From contig JAEORO010000025.1 of the NCBI GenBank assembly GCA_016840855.1, positions 1 to 57,331 on the forward strand: a stretch of DNA of 57,331 nt. Reading direction: 5' to 3'. Shown in pieces: positions 9,336 through 18,873 of this stretch. The notes below the pieces were generated by a model that worked only from the letters and a program-made list of their open reading frames with translations, was not told the DNA's origin and did not search any database. This stretch comes from Candidatus Thorarchaeota archaeon (GTDB lineage: Archaea; Asgardarchaeota; Thorarchaeia; Thorarchaeales; Thorarchaeaceae). The first letter of the stretch is position 1; every line of letters begins with the position of its first letter. A program made the translations under genes and the position numbers.

Positions 9336-10424
9336 ACGCCACATATAGACCCAAAGGATGTAGAAATCATAGGTGTTATTGATAGGTTTGGGCCAAAGGT
9401 TTCAACTGAAGAAGTAAGCGAACTCTTGGACATTCCAGCCAGAACCGTCAGATACCGTTTGAAAAGACTCCGAGAAACTGGTATTCTAGGTCCTGCTTGT
9501 GTTTTAACATTTGAGCGTAGGTTGGGTCTCGGCGAACATATTTTTCTCGTTGATACAACCAGAAAAGGTACTCACTATCTTCCCGATGTTTTTCATGCTA
9601 TTGACACAATATACCACAATAGTCCAACATATGGAAATTACAATGGGTATATTGCGTTCGCGCTGTATTCCCTCTCTTCACCAAGAATAACACGCAGGAT
9701 TCTTGAAGAACTCCAGAAGACCGAATTAATCTCCGACTTTTTTATCTTTGATATTACTGACTTTATCTACAAGCCTGCGGACTATAGCTTTTACAATTCG
9801 AGTCTTGGTTGGGTTTGGGATTGGAGTGAGTGGAAGGATCAGTGCCAGGATGTTCTTAGGTCGAAGAAACAATTCGACTTTCCAATGGAGGAAGTTCAAT
9901 CTATTGCTGAGTTCGACAAGCACGACATCCTCATCTTAAGGCACATGTTTGATGATAGTGAAATCACACAAAAGAAACTAGCCAATGTTTTAGGCATCTC
10001 AGAAGCTCTTGTAAATAAGAGAATCCGGCGTCTGGAGGATGAAGGTATTATCAAAGGATACAAATCAACAGTGTGCGCTATTGAGAATGAGATTAGTCTC
10101 ATCTGTTTCTTTGAGCTAGAACAACCTGAAGATCCAGTATTGGAAGCATTTCGCAAACTTCCATTTCCAGCTACAATAACTATGGAATCTAAAACCAGGT
10201 TTGGCATTCAGCTCTCACTCAGCGCTAAGAACATGATTGGATTTTTGAAAGGCTTGGATTATCTTAGACCTAACCTAGCATCATGTTTTATCCAAACCAT
10301 CCACGATCCAAAGATGAGCATGGATTCTCATCCATACAATCTATACAACGAAAAAACAGAAAGATGGGAAACGCCTGGAACAGAATATCTACAAGACATC
10401 AGGAATGTCCTAGAAAGAAAATAA
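9336..10424 (+). CDS. Tandem Lrp/AsnC-type winged-helix regulator
   Basis: Two HTHs (EEVSELLDIPARTVRYRLKRL and QKKLANVLGISEALVNKRIRRLEDEGII); frame is open back to ACG 9336, which follows an AGGTGA SD. Confidence 0.8.
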   Translation, partial: TPHIDPKDVEIIGVIDRFGPKVSTEEVSELLDIPARTVRYRLKRLRETGILGPACVLTFERRLGLGEHIFLVDTTRKGTHYLPDVFHAIDTIYHNSPTYGNYNGYIAFALYSLSSPRITRRILEELQKTELISDFFIFDITDFIYKPADYSFYNSSLGWVWDWSEWKDQCQDVLRSKKQFDFPMEEVQSIAEFDKHDILILRHMFDDSEITQKKLANVLGISEALVNKRIRRLEDEGIIKGYKSTVCAIENEISLICFFELEQPEDPVLEAFRKLPFPATITMESKTRFGIQLSLSAKNMIGFLKGLDYLRPNLASCFIQTIHDPKMSMDSHPYNLYNEKTERWETPGTEYLQDIRNVLERK

Positions 10425-10436
10425 CCGTCACTTGCT

Positions 10437-11123
10437 TTACACAACATCAAGAAGAAATGCATTTCCTTCTTTACCAACTGTTTTTAGCACGTTCATTTTT
10501 CTCAAGCAGTATGTCAACCTCTGACCAAGCCGTTTAGAAATCTGTAAAGATTGTACTAACTTGGAATTTGTAAAAGGTCTTTCAAGAGAGTCTGGAATGA
10601 AATGCAGAAAGTCCGACGGGTTCACATAAAGACGCCTATCTATGATTTCAAGCAATCTTCTATCTACTATACTCCATCCTCTCCTGCGCCAACTCCCCTT
10701 TCCGTCTTGGCAACGAATCTCTTCTTCTTCTATCAATATAACCTCCAAGGAGAAATTATGGTGCTGAATAAAACTAGGGATTCTCACAAGCTCATCGAAG
10801 ATGTCTATAAACACGCATCTTTTAGGAGAAAGTCTACGATCTAACGGTGTTGCGCTTTCTGTTGACTGTTTCACAATCCATTTCTTCTGTGCAAGCGGAT
10901 GCACCAATCTTACAGGGTATTTTCTAAGGAGCGTTAACAGCTTTTCCTTGATTTGAGCAAAATTACTAGTCTGAATTTCAATCAATAATCCTTCTTTTAC
11001 TACATCCACAACATACCCATCAACTAAGACCTCTGTTCTCGCTTCACCATTCATGTAAAGTTCCTTCAAGCTGGTGTGCAGTGAACCCTCCCGCAATGTG
11101 CCAATAATCGGGTCCTTTGCCAT
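10437..11123 (-). CDS. PD-(D/E)xK-fold nuclease-like conserved protein
   Basis: E-x-SLH-x-LK, YVVDV...IEIQT pattern; C-terminal wHTH-like segment. Confidence 0.6.
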   Translation of the reverse strand: MAKDPIIGTLREGSLHTSLKELYMNGEARTEVLVDGYVVDVVKEGLLIEIQTSNFAQIKEKLLTLLRKYPVRLVHPLAQKKWIVKQSTESATPLDRRLSPKRCVFIDIFDELVRIPSFIQHHNFSLEVILIEEEEIRCQDGKGSWRRRGWSIVDRRLLEIIDRRLYVNPSDFLHFIPDSLERPFTNSKLVQSLQISKRLGQRLTYCLRKMNVLKTVGKEGNAFLLDVV

Positions 11124-11145
11124 GTGTTTTCACCAAAAGGAATGG

Positions 11146-11667
11146 TTAGAGATGTCTGGTCCAGATTGATGCATCATCATTTGGATATAGTGATGGAATA
11201 TTAGCTACTTCTTTGAATCTGTTTGTTTTGTAGAACTTCCGCGCGATTTCATTTGAACGTTCCATGAACAAGATAAGTACTCTCAATGAATAACCACTGT
11301 TTTTGTAAAATTGAGTCGCATCATCAATCATTGTATCAATCAATTGCGTTCCAATGCTCTGTCGTTTGAAGCCTTCATTAACACCCAATCCAATAATTTC
11401 TACAACTCCATCATCGAGACCTCCTCGAGGTTCCCATGACCCGGTTCCACAAATCATTCCGTCTTTAATTGCAAGAACGGTATTATATCTCAAAACTAAA
11501 TCTTTAGCAAACTTCTGAGCACGACCTGAGTGATCCTCTATCTCCTTTCTATACAAATCCTCTAACAGCAAGATGTCTCCAGAGGTAGCAGGTCTGATAT
11601 CTATCATGACAGCTTTGTAAATAATCCCTAGGTCATTTGTATCTGTCGTTCTATTTGGATTACTCAA
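11146..11667 (-). CDS. GNAT-family N-acetyltransferase
   Basis: LGVNEGFKRQSIGTQL motif A; NEIARKFYKTNRF motif B. Confidence 0.85.
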   Translation of the reverse strand: MSNPNRTTDTNDLGIIYKAVMIDIRPATSGDILLLEDLYRKEIEDHSGRAQKFAKDLVLRYNTVLAIKDGMICGTGSWEPRGGLDDGVVEIIGLGVNEGFKRQSIGTQLIDTMIDDATQFYKNSGYSLRVLILFMERSNEIARKFYKTNRFKEVANIPSLYPNDDASIWTRHL

Positions 11668-12439
11668 TGATTACAACAGCATCAACGAATAGCTCGTATT
11701 CCTCATCCTCATCCATATTAAGTATCAATACCTTTTCTACCTCAAACTCTCCACGAACTTCAAGAAGTTTTGATTGATACAATACCTTCACATTTGAACT
11801 CGCCAACCTCTCTGCAAGTTCTGGATTGATGATAAGAGTTTCATCTGGCGTAAGAAGAATCACGCGTTCAGTGACCTCTGTGAGATTAATTGCAGTATCA
11901 ACTGACTCATCGCCAGAATAGAGAACCAGAGTCCTTCGATTCTTGAACTCATCTAGGTCTTCGACACTAAGATAGACACCTTTGTCTAGAAATTCATCTT
12001 TCCCAACGAGACACTCAATTTCAGATTCCACTTTCTCCTTATCATCAGATACTTCTTCCCCTCTACCTTTTCGATAACTCTTGATTGCTTCATGTAGAGC
12101 ATCAGCAGCAAGGTTAGAGCAATGCATCTTGATTGGTGGCAGTCCATCAAGCTCGTCTGCCACATCCTGACGCGTGAGTTTCATAGCCTCATCCAATGTC
12201 ATACCCTTGACCATTTCAGTCGTCATACTTGTGGTGGCAATCGCTGATCCACAACCAAAGGTCCTAAATTTAGCATCAGTTATGGTATCACCATCGATGC
12301 GAATATAGACCTCCATAATATCTCCACAAGTTGGATTTCCAACTTTTCCTACAGCAACATCATCCCCTTCTAAAGTACCGACATTTCTTGGATTGCGGAA
12401 ATGATCAAGAACTTTTTCACTATATTTGGTTGATTTCAT
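11660..12439 (-). CDS. iscU: Fe-S scaffold IscU/NifU fused to a degenerate thioredoxin-reductase NADPH-binding domain
   Basis: YSEKVLDHFRNPRNVG, GNPTCGD, FGCGSAIA, LPPIKMHCSNLA; extra ~120-aa C-terminal domain. Confidence 0.9.
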   Translation of the reverse strand: MKSTKYSEKVLDHFRNPRNVGTLEGDDVAVGKVGNPTCGDIMEVYIRIDGDTITDAKFRTFGCGSAIATTSMTTEMVKGMTLDEAMKLTRQDVADELDGLPPIKMHCSNLAADALHEAIKSYRKGRGEEVSDDKEKVESEIECLVGKDEFLDKGVYLSVEDLDEFKNRRTLVLYSGDESVDTAINLTEVTERVILLTPDETLIINPELAERLASSNVKVLYQSKLLEVRGEFEVEKVLILNMDEDEEYELFVDAVVIIE

Positions 12440-12445
12440 CTTATA

Positions 12446-13615
12446 TCACCCATTCCTGGTTTTATATATTGGAGATAGTTCTCTAAGTCGTGAAACTACT
12501 TTTGGCACGGCTTCAAGTACTATATCAATGTCATCATCTACGTTGAATCTACCTGTTGTCAACTGGAGCGAACCATGTGCCTCCTCATGCAAAAGACCCG
12601 TAGCAATTAGCGTATGGGATGGCTCAAGCGTTTTCGATGTACATGCTGATCCTGTTGACACAGATATTCCTAGATCTTTGAATGATAGTAGAATTGACTC
12701 GCCTTCAATTCCATCAAATCTAAAATGAGCATTGGATGCAAGCCGGTCTGTTGGATGTCCATTAAGATGGCTATCAGGCACTTCCTCAAGGATTTGCTTA
12801 ATCATCCTGTCCCGATATCTCTGGAATCGCTTAACCTCAGTATCCATCTCTTTCTGCATTATTTCAGCTGCAATACGCATGCCGACTATCCCGGGAATAT
12901 CCTCACTGCCTGACCTAAGACCTCTCTCTTGTCCTCCTCCAATGATGATGGGGTTCACTCGAAATTTCTTCTGCATGTACATAACGCCTACTCCTCTGGG
13001 TCCATACAAGTCGTTAGATGAGAGCGCCATGAGATTGATGTTGTCTTTTCTTACATCAATAGGGACAAGTCCTTCACCAGCCACAGCATCTGTATGAAAT
13101 GCGATTCCCTTCTCCGCTGCGAGTTCCCCTATCTCATGAATTGGTTGGATGGTACCAATCTCGTTACTAGCAATTCCTATTGAAATGAGAATTGTTTGAT
13201 CTGTAATGCGACGTTCTAGCTTTTGCAGGTTTACTTTGCCATATTGATCAACAGGAACTTTTGAAACCGAAAATCCTTCTCTCTCAAGATACTTTGCAAT
13301 GTTGTGTATCGAGATGTGTTCTATCTCTGAAATAATTATGTGGTTGCCCTTGTTCTTGTTCCTAAGAGCATAACCGATGATTCCCAAGTTGATTGCTTCT
13401 GTTGCTCCCGAAGTAAAGATAATCTCATCCTCATCAGCGTTTATAAAGTTGGCAATCTTCTTTCTACTCGCCTCTAATGCCTCTGTCGCTACATCTCCTA
13501 CATGATGTAATGAGGATGGATTTCCAAATAACTCGTGAAAATACTTCGTCATTCCTTCAATTACTCTGGAATCAACTGGTTTTGCACTTTGATAATCGAG
13601 ATAGATTTCTTTCAT
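12446..13615 (-). CDS. iscS: Cysteine desulfurase IscS/NifS-like protein (PLP Lys replaced by Asp)
   Basis: IYLDY, FGNPSSLH, FTSGATE, HTDA, GGGQERGLRSG, STGSACTS; SSNDLYGP in place of SxHKxYGP. Confidence 0.92.
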   Translation of the reverse strand: MKEIYLDYQSAKPVDSRVIEGMTKYFHELFGNPSSLHHVGDVATEALEASRKKIANFINADEDEIIFTSGATEAINLGIIGYALRNKNKGNHIIISEIEHISIHNIAKYLEREGFSVSKVPVDQYGKVNLQKLERRITDQTILISIGIASNEIGTIQPIHEIGELAAEKGIAFHTDAVAGEGLVPIDVRKDNINLMALSSNDLYGPRGVGVMYMQKKFRVNPIIIGGGQERGLRSGSEDIPGIVGMRIAAEIMQKEMDTEVKRFQRYRDRMIKQILEEVPDSHLNGHPTDRLASNAHFRFDGIEGESILLSFKDLGISVSTGSACTSKTLEPSHTLIATGLLHEEAHGSLQLTTGRFNVDDDIDIVLEAVPKVVSRLRELSPIYKTRNG

Positions 13616-13633
13616 TTCTCCATCAACCTATTT

Positions 13634-13987
13634 CTAGAACCACATGGTTGCATCTGCTTCTAGGGCAAGGTCATTGAGTGTTGCAGCTCCAACAATCTTT
13701 AGGTCTGGGTCCAATTCTACCTTTTCCCATCCTAGCATTTGTTTGGACGCCTCGCACACATAAATGGGGATACCCATTTCAATCGTCTTCTTCATTATCT
13801 CTTTAAGACTTGGAAAACTACCCAGCTTGATCTTTTCAGCCGCACCCGGTTGAAGGACCCTCAATGCTTGTCCTAAGAAGTAGACTTTTGCATCAATGTC
13901 CATTGCCTTGGCACTCTGTGCTAGCACAAACGGAGAGTATTGACGTTCGGGATCATCTGATGTTTGTACATATAAGATACTACTCAC
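13634..13987 (-). CDS. DsrE/DsrF-like sulfur relay protein
   Basis: PFVLAQSAKAM, VYFLGQAL, IYVCEAS, IVGAATL. Confidence 0.8.
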   Translation of the reverse strand: MSSILYVQTSDDPERQYSPFVLAQSAKAMDIDAKVYFLGQALRVLQPGAAEKIKLGSFPSLKEIMKKTIEMGIPIYVCEASKQMLGWEKVELDPDLKIVGAATLNDLALEADATMWF

Positions 13988-13990
13988 TCT

Positions 13991-14245
13991 TTATTCCTCC
14001 TTTTTCTTAATGAGAAATCTCTGCACTCCATCTTCAAGACGTTCAAAGCTCAATAGGATATGCCCCGTTCGTTTTGCAAAACGCTTGATGTCCTCCTCAG
14101 CAGCAGGATCATCAGCGAGCATTTCAAGTACTTCACCAGGCTTTATCCTATCAATTGCCTCTCGGGTCTGGAAGAGGGGTTGCGGACAGTATAACCCCAC
14201 ACAATCTAGACTCTCAACTGGCTCCACATCCAACATGGAATTCAC
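13991..14245 (-). CDS. tusA: Sulfur carrier TusA/SirA
   Basis: LDCVGLYCPQP, GEVLEMLADDPAAEEDIKRF; start may be ATG 14236. Confidence 0.9.
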   Translation of the reverse strand: MNSMLDVEPVESLDCVGLYCPQPLFQTREAIDRIKPGEVLEMLADDPAAEEDIKRFAKRTGHILLSFERLEDGVQRFLIKKKEE

Positions 14246-14345
14246 ACCTAACTATCGTTAATTACATCTTATAAATTTGGTTATCTCTCCCTGTTCAATC
14301 GGACTCGTTTAAATCTAAGTTTGTACAGACCACCACTAGCAAACT

Positions 14346-15473
14346 GTGGAAAGTGAATCTATGGTGAAAACTAGCCGAGCTGCAGTTGTTCCAAAACCTA
14401 ATGCTGATTTAATTATCGAAGAATATGAAATCCCTGAATTAGAACCAGGAGCTGCTTTAATGAAGGTTGCTCGTGGAGGTGTGTGTGGTACTGATGTCTG
14501 GCTCTGGCAAGGAAAACTAGCTGGTGTACCTTATCCTTTGATTCTAGGCCATGAGGTTGTTGGCACAATAGAGTCAATTGGTCCAAGACCAATCAAGGAC
14601 CTTGATGGTAATGAATTGAAGGTCGGAGACCGTATTGGTTTTCATGATGTTACGCAAACATGTTTCTCTTGCTATTATTGTTTAATTGCCAAAACCCCGA
14701 CAAAATGTCCAAACAGAAAGGTCTATGGAATCACAATGGATTCAACCAAATTTCCGAGACTAATTGGGGGTTATAGCGAGTATCTTTACCTTTCACCGGG
14801 TACTCATATCATGAAATTGCCTGATCATGTGAGCTTCGATGGTGCGAGTGCAGTTGGCTGTGCTATGCCTACAGCTGTCCATACAGTTCTTCGTAGTCCA
14901 ATGCGCTGGGGATTGAATGTAGCAATTCAGGGTTCTGGTCCCGTCGGACTTATGATCGCAGTTCTTTCAATCGTGAACGGAGCATCAACTGTGACAGTAT
15001 TGGACAAAGCAAGGAATCGTCTTGATATTGCTAGGAAGTTCGGAGTCACTCATACATTGAATATTGGCGAAACCACGCTTGAAGAGAGAAAAGAAACACT
15101 CAGAGAGATTACTGGTGGACATGGTCCAGATATTGTTTATGAAGCAACTGGAAGTCCACAAGCTATCCCAGAAGGAATAGAGCTAGTTAGAGATGGTGGG
15201 AGCTATACAATCTGTGGTCAATACACAGACCATGGACTTGTTGAGATTAATCCGCACTTAATGAATAAAAAGCACCTTGATATCAAAACTGTTTGGGGCT
15301 CTGAAACCATGCATGTCTATACAGGAATCAAGACAATAGCTGATAATTTTGAGCGATTTCCATTCGAATCATTAGTTACTCATCGCTTCTCATTAGACGA
15401 TGCACAGAAAGCACTAGAAGCCCAGGAAAAACAGGTTTCACTTAAAGCTGTCATTCAACCTCATGGTGATTGA
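14346..15473 (+). CDS. Zinc-dependent medium-chain alcohol dehydrogenase
   Basis: CGTD, LGHEVVG, structural Zn CFSCYYC...C, GSGPVG. Confidence 0.92.
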   Translation: MESESMVKTSRAAVVPKPNADLIIEEYEIPELEPGAALMKVARGGVCGTDVWLWQGKLAGVPYPLILGHEVVGTIESIGPRPIKDLDGNELKVGDRIGFHDVTQTCFSCYYCLIAKTPTKCPNRKVYGITMDSTKFPRLIGGYSEYLYLSPGTHIMKLPDHVSFDGASAVGCAMPTAVHTVLRSPMRWGLNVAIQGSGPVGLMIAVLSIVNGASTVTVLDKARNRLDIARKFGVTHTLNIGETTLEERKETLREITGGHGPDIVYEATGSPQAIPEGIELVRDGGSYTICGQYTDHGLVEINPHLMNKKHLDIKTVWGSETMHVYTGIKTIADNFERFPFESLVTHRFSLDDAQKALEAQEKQVSLKAVIQPHGD

Positions 15474-15513
15474 AGTGAAGTACGAAATTGAAAGGGAGAC
15501 GGGTCTTTGATAT

Positions 15514-17364
15514 TTAGTCCGACATATATGGGTCTTCATCCATGTTGATATCGGCATAACCGACATCTCTCAAGAGATCCTCGATGGACTCAGCACCTGT
15601 TACCCAAGATAACGCCCATCGACCATCTTCTTGTAGATATAGCTCAACATCAGGGAGATCTCCAAGTAAATTGTGGTCCATCTCAATAGCATCTTGATAA
15701 GCACCTGCTAATGCCAATACAAAGCAAGAACCCCTTACATTTTCTAATTCGCCTACAGGAATGCCATCACCCATCAATCCCCCTGGTGTAGTCAGGAGTC
15801 TGTTATCTCTTGTAAACCAAACTTCATCTGTGTTTGGCCTGTAGAACTGAGTTATCTCTCCATCTGAATCACAAGTTATGTCAACTAAGCGGACTGTGGT
15901 CTGAGGTCTTATATGGAGGTCTCTAATTGGAACTACAGGGAAATGTTGCTTCACCAGCACATGATCAGCAACACTGTTGAAGACGCTGAAGTTTCCTATA
16001 ACAATATGTTCAGGATGCCAAAAGCTTCTTACTAATCCTTCAATATCATATGATTTTAGATGGAGCTCAACAAGTCTAGCTCTCACAACATCTTCTAATG
16101 TCCCTGTCAACATCTCTTGTTCCATTATGTACTGCATTCCATTAAGATTCAATCCACTATATTTCTCGTGGTAGCTATTCCATATTTCCTTGATTTCATC
16201 GAGTGTTGACACACTCTCGATTCTTTCAATTGTCTTCTTCTCAAAATCCTCAGCATCTTCAGAAACATATTCTCTTCTATTCTCAGGAAATATTGACCGA
16301 ACCTCTAGAGCCTCAACAATAATCATGGACGCCAGTGCTGTAATTCCTCGGCCTGACTCAATCATTATATTTGGTGGTGGGTGTTGACTGTTGCTTCTAG
16401 ACAGCTGCTCTTCCACGCCAGACACGAGGAGATGAGAGTACTGATACATATAGTCTGAAACATGAGAACTAGTGTAGTCAATCGCTAGTCCGCCACCAAA
16501 ATCAATGTTCGCAAGATTTGACAATCCCATGTTTCTCAGTTCCGTATAGATCTTTGTCAGTAGCCTGCCAAATTTTTCAAAAGATTCTATTTTGGTGATT
16601 TGTGAGCCTGCATGTGCAAGGATCGTTTGGACCGATTTTGCAAATCCCCTTTCTTTCAATAGCTTTACAACATCATATAGGTCGTGAATACTCAGACCGA
16701 ATTTGGAATCTCTCCCAGTGGAATGAGACCAGTGTCCCTCAACATTCAGATATGGCTTGATTCGCAATACTAGATTGGTTTCTTCAGCGTTGAACCGGTC
16801 AATAATCAAGCGAGATTCATGAACTGATTCAATAGAGATTGCTATATTATAGCCCTCATCCATACACTCCTTAATTAACTCCAAATACTCCGGGTCTTTT
16901 GCTCCATTACAGACGATGAGCCTATGCTTCTCGTTTGCAATGACGTTTTTAATTAGAAGTAGTTCTGCTTTTGTTCCAGCCTCCAGACCATATTCAGAAT
17001 CAGACCTAATAACGGCTGTAACACAATCCTTGCGTTGATTGACTTTGACTGGATAGATCCCAATGAACTTCCCTTCAAAGCCAAGTTCACTGATCACTCT
17101 TTGAAATGCGGCCTTAAGTTTCTTAATTTGGTACGTAATCAGCTGTGGTACCCGTAGAGTGAATGAGGATGTATATCCTGATTCGTTTCCATTCATCTCC
17201 TTGATTCTTTGAACAATCTCTCTGAAGGTTATAGTGTGTTCTTGAAGTCGTATACAGAGATCACCTTCCTTTGTGATGTCTAGAAAGTGAAGGTCGTTTT
17301 TATTCACACCATAGACTATTCTTGATTTATCTAATGACCAGTTATCATCTACCACTGCATTCAC
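15514..17364 (-). CDS. speA: Biosynthetic PLP-dependent arginine decarboxylase (bacterial/plant SpeA type)
   Basis: YPVKVNQ (PLP Lys), GLEAGTKAEL, CNGAKD, SKFGL, DFGGGLAIDY, ESGR, NFSVFNS, DITCDSDG, GAYQD, HNLLG. Confidence 0.88.
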   Translation of the reverse strand: MNAVVDDNWSLDKSRIVYGVNKNDLHFLDITKEGDLCIRLQEHTITFREIVQRIKEMNGNESGYTSSFTLRVPQLITYQIKKLKAAFQRVISELGFEGKFIGIYPVKVNQRKDCVTAVIRSDSEYGLEAGTKAELLLIKNVIANEKHRLIVCNGAKDPEYLELIKECMDEGYNIAISIESVHESRLIIDRFNAEETNLVLRIKPYLNVEGHWSHSTGRDSKFGLSIHDLYDVVKLLKERGFAKSVQTILAHAGSQITKIESFEKFGRLLTKIYTELRNMGLSNLANIDFGGGLAIDYTSSHVSDYMYQYSHLLVSGVEEQLSRSNSQHPPPNIMIESGRGITALASMIIVEALEVRSIFPENRREYVSEDAEDFEKKTIERIESVSTLDEIKEIWNSYHEKYSGLNLNGMQYIMEQEMLTGTLEDVVRARLVELHLKSYDIEGLVRSFWHPEHIVIGNFSVFNSVADHVLVKQHFPVVPIRDLHIRPQTTVRLVDITCDSDGEITQFYRPNTDEVWFTRDNRLLTTPGGLMGDGIPVGELENVRGSCFVLALAGAYQDAIEMDHNLLGDLPDVELYLQEDGRWALSWVTGAESIEDLLRDVGYADINMDEDPYMSD

Positions 17365-17387
17365 CCTTGCGCTTTGCTGAGGAGTTA

Positions 17388-18860
17388 CTATTCCTCCTCT
17401 TCACGTATGGAGTCAAGCATTCCTTGGAAAGCTCGAGCGAGCTCGCCAATCTCATCATCTTTCGCAATGTATGTTGCATCTACTTGAAGGTCTCCGGTGC
17501 TAAGCGGTTGGTCTTTTATCCTTGCTGCAACATTTCTCTGTGCGAGATCCATTAGATACTGCAATGGTCTTGTAATAGTATTTGAGATGGCAACCGCGAC
17601 AATTCCTGCTACTAGGATACCTCCTATGGTCACAATGATGATGTAGGTTGCTGCTTCTGCATTCTGTTCTATGATTCTCGCTTCAAGACGTGGAATACTC
17701 TCTAAGACCTCATCCAAAGGCACTGAGATTACACAGATGTAACCACCTTTTCCGACCTGCGTGAACACTAGGATTCTTTCATCTCCACCTCGTGTATATC
17801 GCAATGTTCCTGAAGTCCCTTCAGGTACGCTTGTGATTTGGTCAATATTAGCTTGAGTCAATGCTGGTGAGAAATCAGGGTTCACTTCCACATTGAGAAG
17901 ATTTGGCACTCCACTTATGTACTCGTCATCTTCAACCTCTGGGTGTGCAACTACTCCACCATAAGAATCCAAGAGAAATGCGTATCCAGTTTCAAGGATT
18001 TCCACATTGATGATTTTGTCTTTGATGTCTTCTATGGTGATATCACCAGAGATGACTGCAAAAGGAATGCTATTTCGATACACCACTTTTCCTATCGATA
18101 TCAATAGCACACCATCAAACTCATCATAATATGGCTCGACAAATACCATGTCGCCATTTCCATCCCAGATCGTTTGATACCAATATTCTCCTCTTGGATC
18201 GTATGGATCAGCTAACCTTGCCGCATCTGAAATTGGTCCCAGTATGCTACCAGGATAGTTTATGAAGAGTCCATCATCAGCAAACGCAATATAGAGCCAT
18301 CTAAAGGCTAATTGGTTGTGTATTGCTCTAAAAATGTAGTCGATATTTGATACGCGCCCCAGATTGTCAGCGTTTGCAGGAATATCCGCGTAGCTGGAAT
18401 TGTAGTTTGTAGAATCGGTGTTTGCTATATACCAGCTGCTGTATTCCCATGAAACATGAAGGCCATAGTTGGGATCATAGTGATTGTCAGCTGGTGCTGG
18501 AGATACAGAGTCATCTTCAAACAGGAGGTCGTAATACACTTCTCGATATTCATAGGTTGAACTTGGATCAAATAGTGCTTCTAATTCCTCTGCAGCAGCG
18601 GCAATCATTCCTTCTGCACTAGCTAATTTTTGGTTTATCACCAGTGCTGTCTTTTGTGCTGTTTCAACCATGTTTGTTTGAATCTGATTCTCGAGGGCAA
18701 TGGAGCTTTGGTCGCTTGTTGAATTGCCTATTAGGTTCACAAAAGTCAAAGATACAACCCCTGTAACAGCTAGGGAAAGCAGTGAAATTGTTAGAAAGGT
18801 GATAATTACATTAGTTCGGAATTTGCCTTTCTTTCTGGTTTGTGTAGTTGATTGTACCAT
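17388..18860 (-). CDS. Transmembrane dCache_1-HAMP sensor lacking an output domain
   Basis: TM1; YDPRGEYWY...EPYYD...SGDI; GYAFLLDSYGGVVAHP; TM2; HAMP ITRPL...DDEIGELARAFQGMLDSI, then stop. Confidence 0.85.
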   Translation of the reverse strand: MVQSTTQTRKKGKFRTNVIITFLTISLLSLAVTGVVSLTFVNLIGNSTSDQSSIALENQIQTNMVETAQKTALVINQKLASAEGMIAAAAEELEALFDPSSTYEYREVYYDLLFEDDSVSPAPADNHYDPNYGLHVSWEYSSWYIANTDSTNYNSSYADIPANADNLGRVSNIDYIFRAIHNQLAFRWLYIAFADDGLFINYPGSILGPISDAARLADPYDPRGEYWYQTIWDGNGDMVFVEPYYDEFDGVLLISIGKVVYRNSIPFAVISGDITIEDIKDKIINVEILETGYAFLLDSYGGVVAHPEVEDDEYISGVPNLLNVEVNPDFSPALTQANIDQITSVPEGTSGTLRYTRGGDERILVFTQVGKGGYICVISVPLDEVLESIPRLEARIIEQNAEAATYIIIVTIGGILVAGIVAVAISNTITRPLQYLMDLAQRNVAARIKDQPLSTGDLQVDATYIAKDDEIGELARAFQGMLDSIREEEE

Positions 18861-18873
18861 CCCTTTTCACCTC

